Assembly (NCBI GenBank): GCA_012295275.1
Contig: CM022670.1
Location: forward strand, 36,952,001-37,016,000
Length of the DNA: 64,000 nt
Direction of reading: 5' to 3'
Source: Chrysomallon squamiferum
Taxonomy: Eukaryota; Animalia; Mollusca
Part shown: piece after piece, positions 1-11,685 of the stretch
Position numbering within the stretch: the first letter of the stretch is position 1
How the letters are laid out: the number at the start of each line of letters is the position of its first letter
Notes under the pieces: model-generated
Database searches by the model: none
What the model saw: only the letters and a program-made list of their open reading frames with translations
Told to the model about the DNA's origin: nothing
Translations under genes and position numbers: made by a program

Positions 1-129
1 AAAAATCTCCCAAAAACCCCACCAAACAACAACAACCAAATTGGGTACAAATTAACAAAAAAATAAAACCTAAATACTCTGCATATTAAACAAATGATAT
101 TTGTAAAATATACTTAAAACAAAACTTAC

Positions 130-288
130 AATAGAAAAATCCATGACACGCAGGATCCAGACAGTGAGAGAGAGATTTATGATGACAACAACCATGAGAA
201 ACAGAATGAAAGCATAGAGACATCGCTTTCTCCAGCCATAGATCCCAATAGGCTGAGACTGAGACACAGACTCATACTCTTGAGCCAT
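130..288 (-). CDS. Sarcoglycan (gamma/delta/zeta family), N-terminal/transmembrane coding exon; the gene continues beyond the left edge of the window
   Basis: Encodes [53 protein letters not shown]. The [11 protein letters not shown] motif followed by a type II TM helix is diagnostic for SGCG/SGCD/SGCZ. Acceptor TACAG at 300-296, ATG at 288-286, phase-0 donor GTAAGT starting at 129. Confidence 0.93.
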
Positions 289-296
289 TATCAAGC

Positions 297-780
297 TGTA
301 ACAAATATAAAGAAAACTGAATTAAATATGTGATGTAACAAATATATAGGATCAGGAAACTGAATTAGTTATATGATGAAATGAACAGAAGAAACTGAAT
401 TCAGTTATATAATGTAACGAAACTGGATCAAAAAACTCAATTAGTTAAGGAATATAAAGAATACTATATAATATATATAATGTAACAACTACAGGATCAC
501 AAACTGAATTAGCCATATAATGTAATAATGAATTAGTTATATAATATAATGAATACAGGATCAGGAAACTGAATTAGTTATATAATGTAATTAAAATAGG
601 ATCAGGAAACTAAAATGTAACAAATACAGGATCACAAACTGAATTAGTTATATATGGAAATGAATACAGGAAACTGAATTAGTTGCATAATGTAATGAAT
701 ATAGGATCAGGAAACTGAATTAGCTATGTAATGTAATGAATATAGAATCAGGAAACTGAATTAGTTATATTATATATAAT
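297..780. repeat. Degenerate ~41-bp minisatellite (about 11 units), consensus approx. GGATCAGGAAACTGAATTAGTTATATAATGTAATGAATATA
   Basis: The ATCAGGAAAC/TGAATTAG core recurs with 41-bp spacing (e.g. 560 to 601, 706 to 747). Confidence 0.88.
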
Positions 781-3700
781 TTTATACTGTCTGGGTAATT
801 TCTGACCATTCAGAGCTATGCAAAGCTAAAAGATATCGGATAAATTCTTTGAATAAAAGGTAAAATGGTTTTAAGATGGAAATTGTCTGAATAACAGCAT
901 ATGGTACATGAAATGGATGCATTGGTTTACTTAAGCTGACATGAATGGCTGAAAAAATGCAACAGAATAACAATAAATAATTAAAACATATAACAGTTTA
1001 TTTAAATCATGGTGCTCCATAGATTAATATTTAAATATCTATTTAAATATAGAGAATAATAAAAAAAAAATTTAAGAGTGTTTCTTTTTTAAAGCAAAAA
1101 AAAAAAAAAAAAAACTTATGGCCAAATGTGATTATTTACAAAGTGTTAAGAGATGTTGACAAGAGGCACTTTAAAAAGTTACAAGCAGCATTCCAGTCTT
1201 TGGCAGAGTGAACACAGTGAGCAAGATGATATTCCCCATTCGCATTTCACTGTCAACTTCAGCAGATGGTAATAAAATACATGAAGCAATCCAATATGTC
1301 AGACTTTTAACTTTTCTGCTAACCAGATAGTCATTAAAAAAAAAAAAAAAAAAAAAAAAAATTGTTTTTACTTTGGAATCTTCATTATGTTGTTTTGTGT
1401 TGGTGTTGAGGTTTTTTTAGTTTGTTTTTTGAGGTTTTTTTTATATCATAAGAATTGTTTTGTTTTTTTCTTTGTCACGCTTAAATGTGAAACATATTTT
1501 TGGATGAAGCAGTCATTCTTTTTGAATGAAGTTGTATCAGAAATGTTGCTTACTGAAGTTCAGAAGTTCAAAGTTTTGTTTTGTTTTACTATTATTTTAT
1601 CACAGATGTGAGATTCCATCAAATGTCATTCCCCTGACAGACACGTTACAGTCATTAATTTGGATGATTCCTATTTCAGTCTTCTGCACTCAGTAAGTCA
1701 TTCTGCTGTTCTGTACGTATTTTAATGCATGTTGATACAATTACAAAATGCTCTGCAAACCTCATCCAACTCTTAACATAAAAAACACACTCTTATTACA
1801 CATTTCTATAGCCAGGCTAACTCTTGTAAAGTAGCTGTTTTCATAATGAACTTCTAGACATAAGTTTTGTGAGGCATAACAACGAATATGAAAAGGTCAC
1901 GAAACTATTTTTTTTTTCTCTCTCTTGCCCTGCACCTGTTTGTGATAACATCTTTCTATCTTCAGCCAGCTGCATCTGGCTGAATTCTTATCCCTAAGTT
2001 ACAGTACTTGTGTTCAGAGCTAACAAATTAAATAAGGAACTCTGCACACTGTTAGCAGGAGAGTGGTGTAAGACAAACTACATATGGCTGATTGTTTGCT
2101 TTGCAAATGCATATATACATATTTACGTGTGTTTATATATATATATGTACAATGGGACAATGCTATTAGTAATAAACAACAGGCAGTTGGGTATTAAAAA
2201 AAAAAAAAATTAAATAAATAAATAAAGGAAATACACTGTTGTCATTTAACGCTAAATTGTACAGTCTAAACAAGACGTTTAGAGATAATATTTACATCTA
2301 AAAGAAAAATAATGTTTCTAAACATTCAGAATATTATAGTTTAATCCAAACTGGTTATGCAGAAGATGGTTTCTTCTCAGTAATTATTAAACCTTTTAAA
2401 AATAACATATTAATGTTTTCAAATAAAATATTAATGTTTTACATATATAATGTAACATGATAATTTCATTTCCTACATGTTTTCTGATGTCTACAAAAAC
2501 ATGTTAAAATAATTTAATAACATTTCCAGAATAAAGGATGTTTCAGTTCAAATTCTGTATGGTTAAGTAGTTATTCTCTATAGCATGCAGTCTTTAAAAG
2601 ATCATCTGAAGTAAATTTTTTATTTATTTATTTTATTTTTTTATTTTTATTATTTTTATTTTTATTTTGTTTTTATCAATCCCAAGTAACAGCAGTAAAC
2701 ACTTAAGAATGTTCTACTTATCATATCACTATAAACTTTTATCTTTCCTTTTTCAAATTTTAAAAATAACTTTATATGTGTAAGTGGATACCCTCTAGAG
2801 TATTTGTATTTTCTATTTTAGAATGTAGCTGACATGTAATGTTTAATGCTAAGACTGTTAAAGGATATTGTGAAAATGTTAAATACTGTTGTGCATTGGC
2901 TGTCCATGAATACATTGTCTGTCTGGGTAATGTTTAATGAGCTGCCAACTTCATTTCAGCATTGTTATATATCAGAAACATTTTAAAACTGAAAACACAG
3001 GTGTTCTACAAACATACAAATTTTAGTTTTTTTTAACATACATTTTTTAAAGAGAACTTTTACAGAATATATTTTCTTAACATAAACCTTTGGACACAAA
3101 CCAGTGATTTCATAAGAGCATTCAGTCCAAGGCTTTGAGCAGGATATTGTTATGTTAAACATAATAATGCAGAGAGGCAGCAGACTTTCTACCAGTTCTT
3201 ACAAAGTTTAACTCCTTTCCTTTTTTTCAAAAGGCAAAAGCTCATGATGCAAGAACAAGCTGATTGGATGGGAGTTATCCTGTGTGAGTTATCACATTCT
3301 ATTAGTTGCTCATGCCTCAGTGAATTAACTTTATTAGTGAAGTGTGTTTTTTGACACTATCATCCAGACATCACTCACAACAGAGAAAAAAAAAAAGATT
3401 TTTATTAAAGAATATAGTCATTGCACGGCTGATGTTTGTTTTGGACGGAGCTGTCTGTTGAGTCCATTAAAGGCTCACTAATGAAGGAAACATGCTAAAA
3501 TAACATACATTAGCAATTTACTGGCAGATAATTCTTGTAAAAAAGAAAAAAAAAAAAAAAAAAATCGTTTATGCACACTTACACACGTTAAACTTGTTAT
3601 TTAATGGAATCTGTGAAACATATTATATTAATACTATACTGAAAATTATGTTTTATGATTTATGATGGATAACTTAGAAAGGTATAGGACAAGGATACAT

Positions 3701-3989
3701 GCTTAACTTCATATCAGTAATATTTGCTTGACCTAACATATTATGTTATTTGATATTATATAACTGGAAGATACAGATCCTGTAAGGTAATTTTGGATAA
3801 ATAAATAAACATTTCAAAGACAGATCCATTTTTTTTTTAAATCGTAGCAACTAACATCAAGGTGGATACTTTGTAGATGAAAAGTTCAAGATAAAAAAAT
3901 CGTATTTTTGACAAATTATAGTGCATATATGTTACATCTATGTTATAAATTTTATAAATTATTATATAAGTTACTCAAACTAGTGCAAT

Positions 3990-4034
<45 letters not shown>

Positions 4035-4722
4035 CATTTACTTATAATGATACCAACTTGAGTATTTCAAATATTATGGCTTTAAAATTTCAATTAGTCA
4101 TATATTGATTTAACAGATTTAAAACTTTTAGCAAAATCGTGCTTTTTTTACTTCTTCTCTTAACATAATTTTTTTTTCTTTAAATTGTATTTATTGCAGA
4201 CCACATCAAGAAACAGGCAATTCATTTCTTGTCAAATGAATTTATTATTAAAACCTTTGTATATGAAAAGTATTTTGACAATGTTACCGATAATCAGCAA
4301 AAAGAAGAAAAAAACAGAAATAGAAAAGAAGAAATAAAAGTAAACAAGAAAAGAAAGTGAACAACAAACTTTAAAAATAAATAAATAAATTTAAAAATAT
4401 GAAGGAAAACAAGGAAGTTTTTGATGTAATTATTATATGCAAATGCTAGTTTTAAATTTAGTTTTTTTAATGTTTTTAAAGCAGAATATAAAGGTTAGTT
4501 ACAGCTGCAGAAGGAAATCCTGATGAAGTGTTTTTGAGTGTACAGAATATTATTAAAAGCACCTGGTTAATTAGGGATTGGCAAAAACTTTCTTTGGATG
4601 ATTTCCAAATGGAGGTGAAACATTCTAGGAAATGTAATTAAAAGTCACTATAGTTACAAATTCACTTTATGTCTTTACATCTGAAAAAATACTTATTCCT
4701 GATTTAATTCGTATTTCTTATA

Positions 4723-4756
<34 letters not shown>

Positions 4757-5192
4757 TTGGTTTTTAATAATAATGATAAAAAATCTCTTTTTAACATCTA
4801 CAGAAAACATTCATTGTACTTTGGGCGGGCTTTCAAAAATCTCAAACTATTAATATTTTCAACCTTGAAATAAAAAAAAAAGTAAAAAATTAAAATATAG
4901 ATAAGTTTATAAATATAATGCTTTCTTGCCAAAAACGATGATAACAAAATAAATTCCCAAAAGCATGCGGCGACCTACATCAAAGACGAACTTCTCAACA
5001 CAATTACGAACGTACGATAAAAGGTCATGACTGAGCCTCGGCTTACGGAACTACCTCGCAGTTCACTGGAAATGATGACATTCTTATTATATTCAATAAC
5101 TTTAAAGGTATGCATCAGCATCCTGATTTCTACGTTTAAAACAAATAAAAGAATCCGAAAGGGTAAAAAAGCGTGCAAAACTTCCAACTTAC

Positions 5193-5480
5193 CATTTTCC
5201 AGCGTTATACGCTTCGGTGGAACTCTTTCATCCAGATAGCTTTTAAAGATAAACTGATTCTTACTTGCGAAAGCAATGATTCTGAAAACAGTAGTAACTC
5301 AGTATTTGGGAAAACCTCTTAACAAGAAACGACATTTTGAAATGTTAATTATACTCACAACGGCGCTATAACGGCCTTTGCTTTGCTGGGATATCCATAG
5401 CAGTACTTGCACTCACACCCTCACTTTTTCTGTAAACACAAAGTCTGGAACCGGCGAACAGCTTCTGCAGCCAATCAGAA
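5193..5480 (-). promoter_or_regulatory. Probable promoter and 5' (mostly non-coding) exons of the sarcoglycan gene
   Basis: Locally GC/CpG-richer. Minus-strand donors: GTGAGT at 5358, GTAAGA at 5264 and ATG|GTAAGT at 5195-5187. CCAAT box at 5471-5475. No transcript evidence. Confidence 0.4.
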
Positions 5481-5611
5481 AGAAGAATGAACGAGTCTAT
5501 TCATTCATTTACAAGCTGCTTACTATTAAATGTAGTTCCAAAAAGTATGAAAACATTACATGACCCAAAATTTCTCAGTGCGAAAATAGATTTGGCACCG
5601 ATTTCTCTTCC

Positions 5612-5651
<40 letters not shown>

Positions 5652-6304
5652 CTTTATTGTGACACAGGATACTGATTGATCGTGTATAATTATTTGCAAT
5701 GGTTCAGACATTAATGAACGTTATTAATTATAATTATGAAATCGATATGCATATTTTAAATTTTTATTTCATTTCAATTCAGCCAGAAATAGTTAATCAA
5801 CAGTTACTAACTAGCATTGAGGGTAATAGATCAAACGTTTCTTCTTTGTTATTACTTGTAAAATCAGTTACATGTTTCACACAAACACATTTAAGGAATC
5901 AAAAAAGTAATAAAGTCAGCTGTAAACCTATACCCCTCTCTCTTTGAAATTGAACATCAAAGGATTGGTTGCCTCCAGTTTAATTTATGTTGGAGGGGGG
6001 GGGTAAATGTTTGTAATTTATGATTTTAACCAAGATTACTTTTATATGAAAATTTAGTTGGAAAATGTATGACATGTACATTTCTTACCTTTATAGTATA
6101 TTATGCCATTTGGTTTATTTCATTTTATAAACTAGAAAATGTTACGTATATTTTATTGCAGAGTAAACTGAACGAACTGCAGCTAGACAGTTATACCTTT
6201 TATCATTTCCGTGGGATATCTTTCATCGTTAGCTTCAAACTGTTTTAACTCATTTTAAATAATCGAAGAGTATATGTTTGTTTGAATCATTCACTGAATT
6301 AACA

Positions 6305-6325
6305 TGCGCGTGCGCGCATCGCGCA
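6305..6325. promoter_or_regulatory. NRF1-like GCGC motif cluster (TGCGCGTGCGCGCATCGCGCA) between the divergent sarcoglycan and TUSC3 genes
   Basis: Close to the TGCGCATGCGCA consensus, and conspicuous in a strongly AT-rich background. Confidence 0.3.
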
Positions 6326-7427
6326 TTTCTAACAAAAGCATCACAACAAAAATATGTGACACGAGAGAAAATCAAACACTAAATTGTATGGTAGTGTGTG
6401 ATAATCTGTTTGTAATTTGTTTTCTGTGTTAAGTTACATGTTTTTGGTGAGTTTTTTTTTTTTTTTTTTAGAATTTTCAATTTAACTTTCCATTTTCTAC
6501 TTAATGTATTTACACCAGAAAAAGAAGTGGACGTGAACAAAAACAAATTAACAACGGGGGAGAGAGGGGCAGTACAAATAGTAATAATAATAATAATAAT
6601 AATAAAAATCAGTAAATAAATAAAAAAATAACAACAATAATAGTTATAATAGACATAATAATAGAGATGAAAAAAATAATAGTAATAATAATAATATTAA
6701 TTAAATTCACTGGGACTAGATTAAAGTATTTAAAAGTATGATTGTTTTGACTGAAACACTAATTTAAATATTCTATTTATATGTATATTGCATTTTTTTT
6801 TCAGTATGGTAAATAAGGTTTTAGCACTTTTTGTAAATATTTGAAAATCCGATTACGTGAAAAAACTTATCTCATTAATTTATTTGATTATAATTTTTGT
6901 GTAAAAGTACTTGTATATTAAATTATATATTCTAAATCCAAACCAAGTAAATTAAATTATTGTATGTAATATGAGTGGCTGAATAATTAACTGAAAAGAC
7001 ATAAAGCGTACACAGGTATTATCTTTTTAATTATATTTATATATATATTTTGTAAAAGTTTGTCGCTAGATAGAGATGAAGTAATATATTTGGTGCATTT
7101 CTTTGTGTAATTAACGGTACAAATAACTGCATACAATTAATTTAAACAAATAAATAAATAAATGAAATTTAAGTGAACGAAATTTAAAATTCGCGTAGGA
7201 AAATAAATTACTTGCCTTCAAGCATAATATTAATTCAGTTTTTTTTTTTTACTTTTTTAATAAATTTAATTTTTATTATTTTCTCCAGCAGGCATTGTAA
7301 ACGTTATCTTATTCATCTGGCCGTTTGTTAATTCAGAAGCATTTCAACTGAAATTTAAATGATTTTCATTTTGTATATTTTAATAGTATATCTAAATTAT
7401 AATCTGAAAATAAAATATGCAAAATCT

Positions 7428-7515
<88 letters not shown>
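7428..7515. repeat. Compound (GT)n(GA)n microsatellite just upstream of TUSC3/MAGT1
   Basis: Seen directly; it explains the spurious [11 protein letters not shown]. Confidence 0.95.
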
Positions 7516-7521
<6 letters not shown>

Positions 7522-7617
7522 AACAATTATGTTTGTAAGCTATATGGAACTTGCAACTATTCCACAAGGGCTAACCAAAAAAAAATAAGACCCTTTTGCT
7601 TTAAAACCCTCATAACA

Positions 7618-7643
7618 ATTGGTTGAAAGGCACTACAACCAAT
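7618..7643 (+). promoter_or_regulatory. Paired CCAAT boxes (NF-Y type) in the proximal TUSC3/MAGT1 promoter
   Basis: ATTGG at 7618-7622 and CCAAT at 7639-7643, 30-55 bp before the ATG. Confidence 0.45.
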
Positions 7644-7673
7644 GAAATGTCTTGTCTTATCCACGTATACAAC

Positions 7674-9022
7674 ATGGCTGTCGTTGGATCGTTTTTACGT
7701 ATAGCTGCAGCATTTTTGCTTTGTATTGGCATTGTTGGCCAGATTTATAAACGGAAAGAGGTAAATGATATCTATTTAATACTTCTTTGAATATTATATT
7801 ATTTCACAGGTTATGCATTGTTGATTCTTTGAAAATTCATGTAGAAGGCATGTGACGAGTGTCGTATGCCGATGAATATAATAATAATAATACATGAATT
7901 TAATAATAAATGTAATTGTTAATTAGCCTAAATATAGAATAGCATCGGTCATCGGTAATCTTGCAGGTTACGTTAACGCCTGGTCATTACACATTTCAGG
8001 AATTATTATGCATGGTTGGTCTTCTATTATCGCAAGAAAAAATATTGCCCCTGCATTTGCATATAATATTAATTATTATAAATTATAATGATTTTTAATG
8101 ATTATAATGATTTTTGTTTCACTCCCTTTTTCCTTTTCTTTTTTAAAATGTTTTGAAGATTATTATTATTACAAATTGTCTTATAATAATTATTTTCACT
8201 GATTAGGACTCTATTGGTGACAAAGTACAGCAGCTGACAGAATGGAACAACAAAAAACCTGTAATTCGTATGAATGGGGACAAATTCCGACATTATGTAA
8301 AAACTGCTCCTAGAAATTACTCAAGTATTGTGATGTTGACTGCATTGCAGCCATCCCGACAGTGCAGTGTATGCAGGTCTGTTCTATTTCTTATCTTTTC
8401 TTTTCTTATCAGTTTAAATTAAATTGCTTATAGTCTTCAATTAATAAATTGATACTGTTAGAAAATTATTCTGTTCCCCAAATCTTTTTGCTTTCAGCTG
8501 TAATCTTTTTATCTCTATTGTTCTTGTTTCAGACAAGCTAATGAAGAATACAACATACTTGCACACTCATGGCGATATTCACAGCAGTATTCAAACCGAC
8601 TCTTCTTTATTATGGTGGATTATGATGAAGGTCCTGATGTATTTCAGTCTGTAAGTCATTTAACTCATTTAACTTTAAACATCTTGAAATGATTTATATT
8701 AATGTTCTGATGTAGTTGTTTTAAATATATACGTTCAGCTCTAATTCTAGATAAATTATGATGTTTTCTGACTTTCTTAAAAAAACAAAGAAAAAACCCC
8801 CTGAATTCTTGTAAACAGAATCTTTCAGTTATTCATGTATTTATTTTTATCAATTTGTAACTATTATTTCTGCTTTTGATGCAGCTAAAGTTGAACACTG
8901 CTCCTGTGTTTATGCATTTTCCACCAAAGGGAAAGCCAAAGAAGGCAGACACTGCAAACATCCAGCGGTTTGTATAATTTATCTAATGTTTTATTATTTC
9001 ATCTCATAGTATGTTCAAAAAA

Positions 9023-9066
<44 letters not shown>

Positions 9067-11685
9067 TAATTTAACCAACATGTTTAAAGTAAACATCTAT
9101 CTATCTTTTTATATTTTTATATTTGAAGGAAAAATACCTGGATGTTATCTGGCTTTTTTTGGTTCTGTTTCAGAGAAATTTATATCACAAAATTAAACCT
9201 GATATAGAAAGTAAAGCATTGTTCATTGGAATTGGAAACAGCTATTCTAAAATAAAATGTCTGTAAAAGGATATTTTTGCAGAAATAACAAATATGTTAT
9301 TTACATTTGATATGTTTTAACTTCTGTGCACATCATCAACAAAAGTTTATTTTTCTAACAGGGTTGGTTTTGCTGCTGAACAACTTGCTAGATGGGTTGC
9401 TGAAAGAACAGATATACAGGTAATTTTTGAAACAAATAGAATCTATAAAAGATGGCTCAGAGAAATGTTTTTCTTCAAAATTTATTTTAACCTTATTTTC
9501 TTATTATCCAGTTTTGTTTGTTGATCAACTTTGATAGATTCTGTTTAGTAATTTGTGTAAATTTGTTACAGAACTTTATTATTATTGGGGTTTTTTCAGA
9601 TTCAGATATTTAGTAATTTGTGTAAATTTGTTACAGAACTTTATTATTATTGTTTTTTTTTCAGATTCGGATATTTCGTCCACCAAACTACTCAGGGACA
9701 TTAGCCCTAGCATTACTGTTTTCCCTGATAGGAGGATTGCTGTACTTGAAACGAAACAATCTTGAGTTTCTGTACAACAAAACGTCCTGGGGTGTTGGTG
9801 CTTTGGTAAGGTGCTATTTAAAATGATAAAAATTATGAAGTATATGTCTAATTATTTTCCAACTCAAAACAAAAGATGAATTACATTAAAATATTAAAAA
9901 ATTTGGTACTGTTGTCATTAAATGTCTTCAAACTACTTTTGATTGGTTTTTCAGTGATTTTATTTTACAGCATCAAATTTAATTTTTCAGACAGTGATAT
10001 TTGCTATGACGTCAGGACAGATGTGGAATCATATAAGAGGGCCTCCATTAATGCATCGTAATCCGCAGACTGGTGAAATGGTAAGATGTACATCTTTACT
10101 ATATATATTACCTGAATAACAATAGCAGGAATTGCAGTTATTAATGGAAATTGGTTAAATAGCATTCCCATGATAACATCAGAATCTACAGTTGTAGTGA
10201 AATGGTAGGATGCATTAAAATGAAAATATATGTATGTTTATGTGTTTCAATTTCTTTTTCAGCAATATATTCATGGTAGCAGTCAAGGACAATTTATTAT
10301 GGAGACTTACATTGTCATGACACTGAGTATCCTTTGTCTTACTGCAAATAATAAAACAGTATGATAGTCCTTAACATTATGCATACATGATAGAATTGGA
10401 ATAGCTGTTGATAATAAGTATGAGTAAAGTGTTTGATCTCATTAAATGGATCTAGAAAGATTTACTAAACTTTATAATTTGTATTTCAGTTTTAAAATTT
10501 CCTATTCTTTGCTCCTTGTGCATGCATAATTTAAAGAATTTCATTTCTTATAGAAAGATTTATAAAAAATAAAAAAAGAGCATGAACTTTCATTCAGTTA
10601 CTTAATTATATTTGCATTTCATTTCTTTTTTATATAAATATTTATCTCAATTTCAAAAAGAAATTTTTTTTTTTTTTTAAATATTAGTCTAGATAATGTT
10701 ACAAAAATTCCTTAGCAATAAGATGCTGCTGTTGTTGTAGGATTTATCATGCTAAACGAGGCACAGACAATGAAAGGTGACCCAAGCAAAAGAAAAAGTA
10801 AGATTTTCAGAAGATATATTTTAGAAAAGTAATGATCAAAAAACTGTCAACATTTAAAATTGTATAGTATCTTCTAGTTGTAATGAGAAGTAATTGTACA
10901 AACACTGGGCTACACATATTTATATTAAGTGAATACTTAAAACTTCTCAAAATTGTTTATTTTAACTTCAGCAGAATTTTTTGTCATATTTGTATATTTA
11001 CTTAGAGCTATTTATAACAACTTGTAACTTGAAAGACTTTAATTTATCTTTCATTCTTCATTTTCTTCCAGTTCTAGCTCTCGTTGGTTTGGGATTCGTT
11101 GCAGTATTCTTCAGTTTCCTTTTATCTGTGTTCAGGTCAAAATATCATGGCTATCCTTACAGGTAATGACATAACACAGCATTGTTTTTGTGTGATGGTC
11201 ATGTCCAGTTCAAGGCCATCAAACATATAAACTTAGCTGTTTGTAAATCAGTCTGTAATTTGAAGCTTTTGATACTGATATTATGGTCAGATGTCTTAAT
11301 GGTATTTTTAACTCTACAGTTGATTCATAACCATATCAGTTGTAGTGATAGCTACATGTGTCAACATATAAATGCTACAAAGGTTTTTGGATATCTACAG
11401 CTGTATATTTAGATCAGATACAGTTTTGTTCAAGTATTTAGATCATGAACAGAAAGGTGATTTGTGTCCAATTACTGATAGACAAATATATAGATTTGTT
11501 TCTCAGTACATGTAAATAATAAAAAATATAAAATGAAATGAAATAAATATCTGAGATATAATTATATAGTGAACATGTATTGTTGTTTTATTATTTAAAG
11601 GAACTATGTATTTTACTTTTGTTTCCACTATGTGCATTTGTTTAAAATCTATTGTTTTCTCCTTTTCAGTTTCCTATTCAAGTGA
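7674..11685 (+). CDS. TUSC3: Oligosaccharyltransferase thioredoxin-like subunit TUSC3/MAGT1 (OST3/OST6 family), 11 coding exons
   Basis: Exons 7674-7760, 8207-8376, 8533-8650, 8885-8967, 9362-9419, 9665-9805, 9991-10080, 10263-10326, 10723-10797, 11072-11162 and 11670-11685 join in phase. Motifs: signal peptide, [20 protein letters not shown], CxxC (QCSVCR), [50 protein letters not shown]. Probably co-orthologous to vertebrate TUSC3 and MAGT1. Confidence 0.96.
10327..10722 (+). other. U12-type (minor spliceosome) GT-AG intron, intron 8 of TUSC3/MAGT1
   Basis: 5' site GTATCCTTT. Branch-like TTCCTTAGC at 10708-10716, directly before AATAAG, with no polypyrimidine tract. The junction restores ...MTLN-AAVVVGF. 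Confidence 0.88.

Noticed and set aside
297-780. CRISPR-like periodic repeat
   Set aside because: The units are contiguous and degenerate, with no unique spacers, no cas genes and a eukaryotic intronic context. It is a minisatellite.
5193-5195. ATG|GTAAGT as the sarcoglycan start codon spliced directly to the exon at 295
   Set aside because: A direct join is out of frame and stops after 8 codons. It would be a uORF or need another exon.
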